A stretch of 64,000 bases of DNA from Dehalococcoidia bacterium (GTDB lineage Bacteria; Chloroflexota; Dehalococcoidia; UBA2979), in assembly GCA_964291495.2 (NCBI GenBank), contig OZ219871.1, positions 320,001 through 384,000 of the forward strand, in the 5' to 3' direction. The notes below the pieces were generated by a model. The model did no database searches, had not been told where the DNA came from, and was given only the letters and a program-made list of their open reading frames with translations. The position numbers and the translations under genes are program-made. Below are positions 37,504 to 46,656 of the stretch, piece by piece (the first letter of the stretch is position 1; each line of letters opens with the position of its first letter).

Positions 37504-38349
37504 GTGAGCGCAGCCGCAACCATGAAGCAGATGCTGGAGGCCGGCGTCCATTTCGGACACCAGACCCGGCGCTGGAACCCGCGTATGCGGCCGTTCATCT
37601 ACACCGAGCGGCACGGCATCCACATCCTCGACCTCGCGCAGACCGTGCGGCGCTTCGATGAGGCGCTGCAGCAGGTGCGCGAGACCGTCTCGGCCGGCCA
37701 GACCGTGCTCTTCGTCGCCACCAAGAAGCAGGCCCGCGCCGTAATCCGCGCCGAGGCCGAGCGCTGCGGGATGCCGTACGTCACCAACCGCTGGCTGGGC
37801 GGCACGCTCACCAACTGGGCCACCATCTCGCGCCGCATCGAGTACCTGCGCGACCTCGAGGTGCGGATCGCATCCGGCGAGCACGAGGAGTTGCCCAAGC
37901 GCGAGCGGCTGCGGCTGGAGAAGCAGTTCAACCGCATGCAGCGCGCCTTTGGCGGCATCAGCACGCTGGAGCGGCCGCCGGGCATGCTCTTCGTCATCGA
38001 CGTGAAGCTCGAGGACATCGCCGTCCGCGAGGCGAACCGCACGAAGACCCCGATCGTCGCGATGTGCGACACGGACGCCGACCCGACGCTGATCGACTTC
38101 CCGGTTCCGGCCAACGACGACGCGATCCGCGCCATCCAGCTGGTCACGGGGCGCGTCGCCGACGCCGTCCTCGAGGGACGCGCCTTCGGCGAGGTCGAGC
38201 AGGAAGCGGCGGCCGCCGGCTCGGTGGCGATGATGCCGCCCGCGGAGGAGTCCGCACCCGCCGAGGCCGCCGTCGCCGTCGCCGAGGCCCCTGCCCCGGC
38301 GGCGCCGTCGCCGCCTGCGGACGGAGCGGCCGAGGCCGCCGAGCAGTAG
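37504..38349 (+). CDS. rpsB: 30S ribosomal protein S2
   Basis: LEAGVHFGHQTRRWNP, RWLGGTLTN, PANDDAIRAI; start GTG 37504 or ATG 37522. Confidence 0.97.
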   Translation: MSAAATMKQMLEAGVHFGHQTRRWNPRMRPFIYTERHGIHILDLAQTVRRFDEALQQVRETVSAGQTVLFVATKKQARAVIRAEAERCGMPYVTNRWLGGTLTNWATISRRIEYLRDLEVRIASGEHEELPKRERLRLEKQFNRMQRAFGGISTLERPPGMLFVIDVKLEDIAVREANRTKTPIVAMCDTDADPTLIDFPVPANDDAIRAIQLVTGRVADAVLEGRAFGEVEQEAAAAGSVAMMPPAEESAPAEAAVAVAEAPAPAAPSPPADGAAEAAEQ

Positions 38350-38410
38350 CGAACGAAGCCTGCCGCCCCGGCAGGCCACCCGACAGGTACAGCAGGACAA
38401 GGGAGCGGTT

Positions 38411-38929
38411 GTGGTCTCAGTCCAGGATGTGAAGCGGCTCCGCGAGGAGACCGGCGCCGGCGTGATGGACGCGAAGCGCGCGCTCGATCGGGCGGAGGGC
38501 GACTTCGATCGCGCCCGCTCGCTGCTGCGCGAGGAGGGCATCGCCGCCGCCGCGAAGCGCGCCGACCGCGCGACCAGCGAGGGCGTGATCGAGTCCTATA
38601 TCCACGCCGGCGGGCGCATCGGCGTGCTCGTCGAGCTGAACAGCGAGACGGACTTCGTCGCGCGCACGGAGCAGTTCCAGAACCTGGCGCACGACGTCGC
38701 GCTGCAGGTCGCCGCGATGAACCCGGACACGGTCGCCGTCGACGACCTGCCCGAGGACGTGCCGGAGAGCGAGCGCGAGCAGCGCGCGCTGCTCACCCAG
38801 CCGTTCATCAAGGAGCCGGGCAAGACCATCCAGCAGCTCGTCGAGGACACGATCTCGGCGACGGGCGAGAACATCCGCATCTCCCGCTTCATTCGCTACG
38901 AGATCGGCGGAGGGTCGCCGGCCGAGTAG
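38411..38929 (+). CDS. tsf: elongation factor Ts (short form)
   Basis: LREETGAGVMDAK, ELNSETDFVA, GENI.I.RF.RY. Confidence 0.96.
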   Translation: MVSVQDVKRLREETGAGVMDAKRALDRAEGDFDRARSLLREEGIAAAAKRADRATSEGVIESYIHAGGRIGVLVELNSETDFVARTEQFQNLAHDVALQVAAMNPDTVAVDDLPEDVPESEREQRALLTQPFIKEPGKTIQQLVEDTISATGENIRISRFIRYEIGGGSPAE

Positions 38930-38985
38930 CGGATCGGGCGACGAACGGGGCCGGGCTCGCGCTCGTCCGGCCGGAGGAGGCGGCG

Positions 38986-39546
38986 GTGGACGTCGACGAA
39001 GTGCTGCTCGACGCCGACGACCGCATGGACAAGGCGGTGGAGTCGCTGCGCCAGGCGCTGGCGGCCGTGCGCACGGGCCGGGCCAACACCGCGATCGTCG
39101 AGCGCCTCCAGGTGTCCCACTACGACCAGGTGATGCCGCTCAACCAGCTCGCGACACTCGCCGCGCCGGAGCCGACGCTGGTCACCGTCCAGCCCTGGGA
39201 CAAGTCCGCGCTGCAACCGATCATGAAGGCGCTCCAGGCGAGCGACCTCGGGATCACGCCGAGCAACGACGGCACCACGATCCGGCTGCCGATCCCGCCG
39301 CTCACCGAGGAGCGCCGCCGCGAGCTGGTGAGGCTGGTGGGCGCGCGCTCCGAGGAAGGCAAGGTCGCGGTCCGCAACATCCGCCGCCAAGCCATCGACG
39401 AGCTGCGCAAGGCGCTGCGCTCGGGCGAGCTCTCCGAGGACGAGGAGCGCCGCGCGCTTACCGACGTCGAGGAGATCACCGGGGCGCACACGAAGCAGAT
39501 CGACGAGATTGGACAGCAAAAGGAGCAGGAGCTCCTCGAGATCTAG
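38986..39546 (+). CDS. frr: ribosome recycling factor
   Basis: RTGRAN, PSNDG, IPPLTEERRRELV, VRNIRR. Confidence 0.96.
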   Translation: MDVDEVLLDADDRMDKAVESLRQALAAVRTGRANTAIVERLQVSHYDQVMPLNQLATLAAPEPTLVTVQPWDKSALQPIMKALQASDLGITPSNDGTTIRLPIPPLTEERRRELVRLVGARSEEGKVAVRNIRRQAIDELRKALRSGELSEDEERRALTDVEEITGAHTKQIDEIGQQKEQELLEI

Positions 39547-39675
39547 AGCCGCCGCCCGGCCGCCCGCGACGCCGCGGGGAATCGACGGACTTCGGATTGG
39601 CGACCCGCTCCGCGAGGGGAACTGACCTGATACGGTGCGAGGCGCAGGGCATGGAGCAGACCGGGGTGAAGCCGC

Positions 39676-40476
39676 ATGTCCGTGAGCCAGGCCGGGGGTC
39701 CAGCAAGCATGGTCGTTGAGCCCGCCGCGAGCGATGTCGCGAGTCCCGCGGACGAGGCGCTGCCCCGCCACGTCGCGATCATCATGGACGGCAACGGCCG
39801 CTGGGCGCGCGAGCGCGGACTGAGCCGCCAGCGCGGCCACCGCGCGGGCGCCGACCGCATCCGCGCCGTGGTCGAGCGCCTCGGCGAGCACGGCGTCCCG
39901 ATCGTCACGCTCTTCGCCTTCTCCACCGAGAACTGGGGGCGGCCTCGCGGCGAGGTGGACTACCTGATGCGCCTCGCCGGCCGCGTGATCGACCGCGAGC
40001 TGGACTCGCTCGACGAGGCGGGCATCCGCCTGCGCCACATCGGCGACCTCTCGCCGCTCCCGAACTCGCTCCAGCGGAAGGTGGAGGGCGCGGTCGCCCG
40101 GACCGCCGGGAACGACCGCATCACCGTCAACCTCGCCTTCAACTACGGTGGCCGCTCCGACATCGTCGGCGCGGTCCGGCAGTTGATCGCCGACGGCGTC
40201 GCGCCCGGTGACGTGGACTCGGAGGCGATCGCGAGCCGCCTCGCGACCGCCGAGCTGCCGGACCCGGATCTGTTGATCCGCACGGCCGGGGAGCGCAGGC
40301 TCTCCAACTTCCTGGTCTGGGAGTCGGCCTACAGCGAGTACTACTTCACCCCCACGCTCTGGCCGGACTTCGGGCCGCAGGACGTGGACGAGGCGCTTGG
40401 GGAGTACCGCCGCCGCCGCCGCCGCTTCGGGCTGGTCCCGGAACGCCAGGCGGAGCACGCGCACCCGGACGCCTGA
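39676..40476 (+). CDS. uppS: cis-prenyl (undecaprenyl) diphosphate synthase
   Basis: HVAIIMDGNGRW, FSTENW, NYGGR, IRTAGE.RLSNF. Confidence 0.96.
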   Translation: MSVSQAGGPASMVVEPAASDVASPADEALPRHVAIIMDGNGRWARERGLSRQRGHRAGADRIRAVVERLGEHGVPIVTLFAFSTENWGRPRGEVDYLMRLAGRVIDRELDSLDEAGIRLRHIGDLSPLPNSLQRKVEGAVARTAGNDRITVNLAFNYGGRSDIVGAVRQLIADGVAPGDVDSEAIASRLATAELPDPDLLIRTAGERRLSNFLVWESAYSEYYFTPTLWPDFGPQDVDEALGEYRRRRRRFGLVPERQAEHAHPDA

Positions 40477-40479
40477 CCC

Positions 40480-41265
40480 ATGCTGCGCATGCGGCTGCTG
40501 GTGGCGGCGATCGGGCTGCCGCTGCTGGCGCTCGTCATCGCGTTGCCCGAGCCCGTCTTCGCCGCCGCCATCTCGCTGTTGCTCGCAGCCGCCGCCGCCG
40601 AGATGTTCATCGCCGCCGCTGGCACGCGGCCCCTCTGGCAGCCGCTGGGCGCAGCCGCCGCGGCGGCCTTCGTCGCGCTCTGGATGCGCCAGGCGGCGGA
40701 GGGCTTCCCGCTCTGGACGCTGCTGCCGCTGCCCGCGATCGCGCTCTACGGCCTGCTGCGCCCCGGCCCTGGGCCGCGCCGCCTGCGCGAGGCCTGGTGG
40801 CTCGGCGCCGTCGCCTACATCGGCGTCCTCGGCGCGCACTGGCTGCTGCTGCGCGGGGAGCCCGAGGGCCAGCGCTGGCTGGTGGTGTTGCTCGGCGTCA
40901 CGATCGCCACCGACACCGGCGCCTACGCCGTCGGGAAGTGGCTCGGCCGCCACCCGCTCGCGCCGCGCATCTCGCCCGGCAAGACGCGCGAGGGCGCGAT
41001 CGGCGGCTTCCTCGCCGGCGCTGTCGCCGGCGCCGCGCTGCCGCTCGCGCTCGATCTCGAGGCCGAGGCAGCGGCGATCGGAGCGATCGCCGTGCTGCTG
41101 CCGATCGCGGCGCAGGCGGGCGACCTGCTGGAGTCGGCGCTGAAGCGGCGGATCGGCGTGAAGGACAGCTCCGGGCTGCTGCCGGGGCACGGCGGGCTGC
41201 TCGACCGGATGGACTCCCAGTTGCTCGCGGGGTCGTTGCTATACTGGGTGTTGCAGTGGCTCTAG
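40480..41265 (+). CDS. cdsA: phosphatidate cytidylyltransferase
   Basis: DTGAY..G, ISPGKT.EG, GDLLES..KR...KDS..LLPGHGGLLDRMD. Confidence 0.95.
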   Translation: MLRMRLLVAAIGLPLLALVIALPEPVFAAAISLLLAAAAAEMFIAAAGTRPLWQPLGAAAAAAFVALWMRQAAEGFPLWTLLPLPAIALYGLLRPGPGPRRLREAWWLGAVAYIGVLGAHWLLLRGEPEGQRWLVVLLGVTIATDTGAYAVGKWLGRHPLAPRISPGKTREGAIGGFLAGAVAGAALPLALDLEAEAAAIGAIAVLLPIAAQAGDLLESALKRRIGVKDSSGLLPGHGGLLDRMDSQLLAGSLLYWVLQWL

Positions 41266-41308
41266 CCACCGGCCCGGCCCTGCTCGCGGCGCACGGTTGG
41301 AGGTCCGC

Positions 41309-42469
41309 ATGACCGCGATCGGCATCGCGATCCTCGGCTCGACCGGCTCGATCGGCACCCAGACCCTCGACGTCGTACGCGGGCTGTCCGACCGCTTCCG
41401 CGTCGCCGCGCTCGCCGCCGGCGGCAACGTCTCACTGCTGCGCGAGCAGATCGAGGAGTTCCGCCCCAGCGCCGCCTGCGCCGCTCCGGGCGTCGAGGCG
41501 GACCGCCTCGCCTCGGAGTTCGGGCGCGACTCGTGGCTGCCGCTGGACGAGCTGGCCGTCCGGCCGGACGTCGACATCGTCGTCGTCGCCACCGCCGGGC
41601 GCCTCGGCCTGGAGCCGACGCTGCGAGCGCTCGAGGCGGGCAAGATCGTCGCGCTCGCCAACAAGGAGGTGCTCGTCGTCGGCGGGCACGTCGTGCGCGC
41701 CGCCCTCGAGGCGAACGAGCACCGCGGCGCGGAGCTGCGCCCGATCGACTCGGAGCACTCGGCGATCTGGCAGTGCCTCTGGGGCGAGCCGATCGAGACC
41801 GTCGATCGGCTCACACTCACCGCCTCCGGCGGCGCCTTCCGCGACTACGACATGGACGCGCTCGACCGCGTCACGCCGGAGCAGGCGCTCAAGCACCCCA
41901 ACTGGCAGATGGGCCCGAAGGTCACGATCGACAGCGCCACCCTCTTCAACAAGGGCCTCGAGGCGATCGAGGCGCGCTGGCTGTTCGACATCCCGATCGA
42001 CCGCGTCGACATCCTCCAGCACCGCGAGAGCATCGTGCACTCGATGGTCACCTACGCCGACGGCTCGATTAAGGCGCAGCTGGGCGAGCCGGACATGCGG
42101 CTGCCGATCCAGTGCGCGCTCACCTACCCGGAGCGCGCGCCGCAGCAGCCCGCGCCGCCGCTCGACCTCGCCGCGCGCGGGACCCTGAACTTCAGCGAGG
42201 TCGACACGAAGCGCTTCCCGGCGCTGCCGACGGTGCTGGAGGCGGGACGGCGCGGCGACACCTCTGCCGCCATGCTGTCCGGCGCGGACGAGTCCGCGGT
42301 CGAGCACTTCCTCGCCGGCCGCTGCCGCTTCACGGACATCGCCCGGCTGCTGGTGGAGGCGCTCGACGCGCACGAGGCGGACACGGACCCCGGCCTCGAG
42401 CAGCTGATCGCCGCCGACGCGTGGGGCCAGCGCTTCGTCAACGAGCGCGTCGCCGCCGGAATCCGCTGA
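41309..42469 (+). CDS. dxr: 1-deoxy-D-xylulose-5-phosphate reductoisomerase
   Basis: LGSTGSIG, LANKE, PIDSEH, LTASGG, HPNW.MG.K.TIDSA. Confidence 0.96.
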   Translation: MTAIGIAILGSTGSIGTQTLDVVRGLSDRFRVAALAAGGNVSLLREQIEEFRPSAACAAPGVEADRLASEFGRDSWLPLDELAVRPDVDIVVVATAGRLGLEPTLRALEAGKIVALANKEVLVVGGHVVRAALEANEHRGAELRPIDSEHSAIWQCLWGEPIETVDRLTLTASGGAFRDYDMDALDRVTPEQALKHPNWQMGPKVTIDSATLFNKGLEAIEARWLFDIPIDRVDILQHRESIVHSMVTYADGSIKAQLGEPDMRLPIQCALTYPERAPQQPAPPLDLAARGTLNFSEVDTKRFPALPTVLEAGRRGDTSAAMLSGADESAVEHFLAGRCRFTDIARLLVEALDAHEADTDPGLEQLIAADAWGQRFVNERVAAGIR

Positions 42470-42476
42470 GCAGGCG

Positions 42477-43694
42477 ATGAGCGACCGCGTGGACGTTCCG
42501 GCCGGCGAGTCAGGCCCGGAGCGCGGCGGCCCTCGCATCCCGCGCGCCCTCAACACCTTGATCGCGATCGCGGTCGCGCTGGCCGTGGCCTGGTGGTTCG
42601 CGCCCGATGCGGTCAGCTCGATGCTGCTCTTCATCGGCGTGCTCGTCGTGCTGGTGGTCGCGCACGAGCTGGCGCACTTCGCGACCGCGAAGCTGTTCGG
42701 CATCTACGTGCTGGAGTTCGGCGTGGGCTTCCCGCCGCGGATCGTGGGGCGGCAGTGGGGCGATACCGTCTACTCGCTGAACTGGACGCCCCTTGGCGGC
42801 TTCGTGCGGCTGCTCGGCGAGGAAGCCCCGGACCACCCGCGCTCCCTCGCCGCCGCGGCGCGCTGGAAGCGCTTCATCGTGCTGGTCTCCGGCTCCGTGG
42901 TGAACCTGCTGCTGCCGATCCTGCTCTTCGCCGTCGCTTTCACGATCCCCCACGAGGAGTCGATCGGCCGGGCGGTCGTCGAGCAGGTCGTGCCCGGCGC
43001 GCCGGCGGAGGCCGCCGGCTTCCTCAGCGGCGACGTGATCTACGAGGTGGGCGGGCGCGACGCGCAGAACGTCGCCGCGGCCATCCGGTTGATCCGCCTC
43101 AACCTCGGCAAGGAGATCGACGTCGTCGTACGGCGCGGCCAGGTGTACGAGACGCTGCGCGTCGAGCCGCGCTGGACGCCGCCGAGCGGCCAGGGCCCGA
43201 CCGGGATCATAGTCCGCTCGCAGTGCACGTTCGTTGGCGGCGAGGGCTGCGTGCCGTTCACGGAGACGGTCTCGCAGCCGCCGTGGGAGTCGATCCCCGG
43301 GGGGGCGCGCGCCACCCTCGACGCGATGATCCTCGCGCGCAACGAGCTGGTGTCCTGGTTCAAGGGCGGCAACAGCCCGGCCGTGGCCGGCCCGGTCGGG
43401 ATCGCCCAGACCACGGGCGAGGTCGCGCGCGAGGGCGGCGTAACGCCCCTGCTGATGCTCGCGGCGCTGCTCTCGATCAATCTCGGCGTCCTCAACCTGC
43501 TGCCGCTGCCGATGCTCGATGGCGGGCGCATCTTCTTCCTGTTGATCGAGGTGCTGCGCGGGGGCCGACGGATCGCGCCGGCGAAGGAGGCGCTCGTCCA
43601 CCTCGTGGGCTTCATCGCCTTCATCGCGCTGGCGATCGTGATCACCTTCGCGGACATCGCGCGCATCGCCAGCGGCGACTCGCTGTTCAATTAG
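42477..43694 (+). CDS. rseP: RseP/M50 intramembrane zinc protease with PDZ domain
   Basis: HELAH, PLGGFV, NLLPLPMLDGG. Confidence 0.94.
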   Translation: MSDRVDVPAGESGPERGGPRIPRALNTLIAIAVALAVAWWFAPDAVSSMLLFIGVLVVLVVAHELAHFATAKLFGIYVLEFGVGFPPRIVGRQWGDTVYSLNWTPLGGFVRLLGEEAPDHPRSLAAAARWKRFIVLVSGSVVNLLLPILLFAVAFTIPHEESIGRAVVEQVVPGAPAEAAGFLSGDVIYEVGGRDAQNVAAAIRLIRLNLGKEIDVVVRRGQVYETLRVEPRWTPPSGQGPTGIIVRSQCTFVGGEGCVPFTETVSQPPWESIPGGARATLDAMILARNELVSWFKGGNSPAVAGPVGIAQTTGEVAREGGVTPLLMLAALLSINLGVLNLLPLPMLDGGRIFFLLIEVLRGGRRIAPAKEALVHLVGFIAFIALAIVITFADIARIASGDSLFN

Positions 43695-44025
43695 CGGGGC
43701 TGCGGCTGCGTCGGTCGATTCGGGCGGGCTGGTAGCGTCGCACGCTGATCTCGTCCGCACGCGCACGCATTCGCGAGGCGTCGTGCCACGCCTGCATCCG
43801 CAGCAGCATGTCCATGCCGATGTCGAAGGCCTTCTCGATTCGCAGCGCCATCTCAGGCGAGAGCTTCGCGTTGCCGTTCAGCAGGTCAGAGAGCGTCGCC
43901 CGGCGCACGCCTAGAATCTCGGCCGCCTTCGTGACGCTGAGGCCCAACTCCTCGATGACCTCGGTGCGGACGAACTCGCCCGGGTGCGAGGGCGTCATGT
44001 TCACTTCGATACTGCCGTCACTCAT
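43687..44025 (-). CDS. higA: HigA antitoxin
   Basis: SHPGEFV, LSVTKAAEILGV.RATLS, LSPEMALRIEKAF; ATG 44025 overlaps the higB stop. Confidence 0.92.
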   Translation of the reverse strand: MSDGSIEVNMTPSHPGEFVRTEVIEELGLSVTKAAEILGVRRATLSDLLNGNAKLSPEMALRIEKAFDIGMDMLLRMQAWHDASRMRARADEISVRRYQPARIDRRSRSPAN

Positions 44026-44315
44026 CAGTGGTAGTCCTCCAGGTTCAGGCGATCGATGTAGCCGCCCTCTTCCTCGAACGTGATCCGCCAGCCTTCCGAT
44101 GCGGACACTCTCCACGCACCTCGAGGCCGCCCCGAGACCAGTTCGATTCGCCAGCCAGGCGGTGCATCGGCGATGAACCGCCTTATGTCCACGGCCAACA
44201 TCAGCGCAGCCAACACCTTGCGAACCCGATCGTCCATCCCGCGCCCGAGGTACGGGGCCCTGTCGTCTGAGATCACGCGGCGCAATAGCGGGTGGCGAAC
44301 GGAGCGGATGATCAT
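44025..44315 (-). CDS. higB: HigB/RelE-family toxin, possibly attenuated
   Basis: [21 protein letters not shown]-terminus. Confidence 0.85.
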   Translation of the reverse strand: MIIRSVRHPLLRRVISDDRAPYLGRGMDDRVRKVLAALMLAVDIRRFIADAPPGWRIELVSGRPRGAWRVSASEGWRITFEEEGGYIDRLNLEDYH

Positions 44316-44325
44316 CCCTGCAACT

Positions 44326-44342
44326 GTACGGTTATACCGTAC
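44326..44342. promoter_or_regulatory. higBA operator
   Basis: Perfect dyad GTACGGT-tat-ACCGTAC just upstream of higB. Confidence 0.7.
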
Positions 44343-44525
44343 GCCCCTGCAAACGCTGCCCGACACGAGCCGACATCGCGCGCATCGCCAGCGGCGACTC
44401 GCTGTTCAATTAGCGGGGCCTCCGTCGCGGCATCCCGTTGTGACGCGCAACATCCGACGCCCGAAGCGTCCCGGTTGACACGCCGCCCCGATGCCCCCGA
44501 CGATCAAGGCGATGGAGGCTGGCTA

Positions 44526-45659
44526 GTGGCTCGCAACAAGACCCGCAGCGTGTCCGTCGGGCCGCTCACGATCGGCGGCGGCGCGCCGATCGCCGTGCAG
44601 TCGATGGCCGCCACGAAGACCCAGGACATCGAGGCCACCGTCCGGCAGGTCGAACTGCTGGAGCAGGCCGGCGCCGACATCGTGCGTATCGCCGTCGACT
44701 CCCGGAAGGACGTGGAGGCGCTGGCCGAGGTGCGCGCCCGCACGGCGGCGACGCTCTCCGTGGACCTGCAGGAGAACTACCGCCTCGCCACTATCGTCGC
44801 GCCGCACGTCAACAAGATCCGCTACAACCCCGGCCACCTCTGGCACCACGAGCGCGACAAGCCCGTGCGCGACAAGGTCGCCTTCATCGCCGAGACCGCC
44901 GAGGCGAACGACTGCGCGCTGCGCGTCGGCGTCAACTGCGGCTCCGTCGACCCCGTGCAGATCGAGGCCCACGGCGACGACGACGTGGGCGCGATGGTCG
45001 CCAGCGCACTGGAGCACTGCGAGTTCCTCGACAGCATGGGGTTCGAGCGCTACGTCGTCTCGCTCAAGGACTCGGACTGGCGCAAGGTCGTCGAGGGCAA
45101 CCGCCGCTTCGCGTCGCAGCGCCCGGACGTGCCGCTGCACCTCGGCGTGACCGAGGCGGGCATGCTGCCGGAGGGCGAGATTAAGACGCGCCTGGCCTTC
45201 GAGCAGCTGGTCCCGGAGGGCATCGGCGACACGGTGCGCGTCTCGCTGACGCTGCCGTTCGAGGACAAGGGCACGGAGATCGAGGCCGGACGGCGCATCC
45301 TCGCAGACATCGAGTCGGGACGCTTCCGCTCGATGCCGACGGTCCTCGACGACGGCCTCAACATCATCTCCTGCCCCTCCTGCTCCCGCGTGGAGAACGA
45401 GGCGTTCATCGAGCTGGCGCAGGACGTGCGCAAGATCACGGCCTGGGCGAAGCAGCACGACGTCACGATCGCGGTGATGGGCTGCCGCGTGAACGGGCCC
45501 GGCGAGACGGACGACGCCGACCTCGGCCTCTGGTGCGGCCCGGTGGCCGTGAACCTGAAGCGCGGCCCGGAGCTGGTCGGCTCCTTCCCCTACGACGAGG
45601 TGCTCGAGCACCTGCAGCGCGAACTAGAGTCGATAGTCGAGGGGCGCTCAACGGCGTGA
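44526..45659 (+). CDS. ispG: HMBPP synthase (GcpE)
   Basis: [46 protein letters not shown]; GTG 44526. Confidence 0.95.
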   Translation: MARNKTRSVSVGPLTIGGGAPIAVQSMAATKTQDIEATVRQVELLEQAGADIVRIAVDSRKDVEALAEVRARTAATLSVDLQENYRLATIVAPHVNKIRYNPGHLWHHERDKPVRDKVAFIAETAEANDCALRVGVNCGSVDPVQIEAHGDDDVGAMVASALEHCEFLDSMGFERYVVSLKDSDWRKVVEGNRRFASQRPDVPLHLGVTEAGMLPEGEIKTRLAFEQLVPEGIGDTVRVSLTLPFEDKGTEIEAGRRILADIESGRFRSMPTVLDDGLNIISCPSCSRVENEAFIELAQDVRKITAWAKQHDVTIAVMGCRVNGPGETDDADLGLWCGPVAVNLKRGPELVGSFPYDEVLEHLQRELESIVEGRSTA

Positions 45660-45690
45660 GTCCCGAACACCCTGAATCCGAGGGGGCGCG

Positions 45691-46650
45691 GTGAGCGCCC
45701 CGGGTTCCGACGGCGCCTCGCAGCGCCCGCTGCTCGCCCTGAGCACGATGTGGGCGGTGCAGCCGCGCTTCGAGCGTGACCTCGGCGCCTTCATGGAGCG
45801 CGCCGCCGAGCTGGGCTACGAGGCGATCGAGATCAACCACTCGATGGACGCCGAGCAGATCGGCGCGATCCTCGGGCACGCGACGCTGCCCGTGACCGGC
45901 GTGCACGCCCCCGCGCCGCTGGAGCGCGATCGCGGGCGGGGCTGGAACCGCGACCTCAACCTTGCCTCCACCGACGAGGAGGAGCGCGCGCTGGCCGTGC
46001 ACTACACGCAGCGATCGATCGATGTCGCCGCCGATGCGGGCGCGTACGCGGTCGTCGTCCACCTCGGCGCCGTCGGCGAGCGAGCGATCAGCGCGGCGAC
46101 GCGGCTGCGCGAGATGTACCCGCGGCAGCAGCTCGCCGAAGACGGCTGGGAGCAGGCGATCTTCGAGGCGCGGCGCGAACGTGCGCAGGAGGCGCCACCG
46201 TACCTCGCGCAGGCCCGGCGCTCGCTCGACGAGCTGGTGGCCTACGCGGAGCCGCGGGGCGTCGCGATCGGCCTCGAATGCCGCTTGCGCTACCACCAGA
46301 TCCCGCTGCCCGACGAGATGGTGGACCTGCTTGAGCCGTACCCGCGGGAAGTCGCCGGGTACTGGCACGACGTGGGGCACGCCGAGGTGCTACACCGCCT
46401 GGGGCTGGTGGAGCGCGGCGCGTGGTTCGACCTGCTGGGCGATCGCCTGCTGGGCAGCCACCTCCACGATGTCGACGGGCTGCAGGACCACCGCGCGCCC
46501 GGCCGCGGCAATGTCGACTTCGCCTGGCTCGCGGAACGGCTGCCCGCGACGGCCGCCCGCACCTTCGAGATCAACCAGCGTCAGCCGGACGAGGCCGTGC
46601 GCGACGCCATCGTCCTGCTGCGCGAGGCGGGAGTGATCGCGGGCCCGTAG
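45691..46650 (+). CDS. sugar-phosphate isomerase/epimerase (xylose-isomerase-like TIM barrel)
   Basis: GVHAP, VVVHLG, GLE, HDVGH, HLHD, DHRAPG.G.VDF, TFE. Confidence 0.85.
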   Translation: MSAPGSDGASQRPLLALSTMWAVQPRFERDLGAFMERAAELGYEAIEINHSMDAEQIGAILGHATLPVTGVHAPAPLERDRGRGWNRDLNLASTDEEERALAVHYTQRSIDVAADAGAYAVVVHLGAVGERAISAATRLREMYPRQQLAEDGWEQAIFEARRERAQEAPPYLAQARRSLDELVAYAEPRGVAIGLECRLRYHQIPLPDEMVDLLEPYPREVAGYWHDVGHAEVLHRLGLVERGAWFDLLGDRLLGSHLHDVDGLQDHRAPGRGNVDFAWLAERLPATAARTFEINQRQPDEAVRDAIVLLREAGVIAGP

Positions 46651-46656
46651 GCGGCC

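Larger units (their letters stand above)
43653..44419. mobile_element. higBA islet bounded by 48-bp direct repeats of the rseP 3' end
   Basis: gacatcgcgcgcatcgccagcggcgactcgctgttcaattagcggggc at both 43653-43700 and 44372-44419. Confidence 0.85.
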
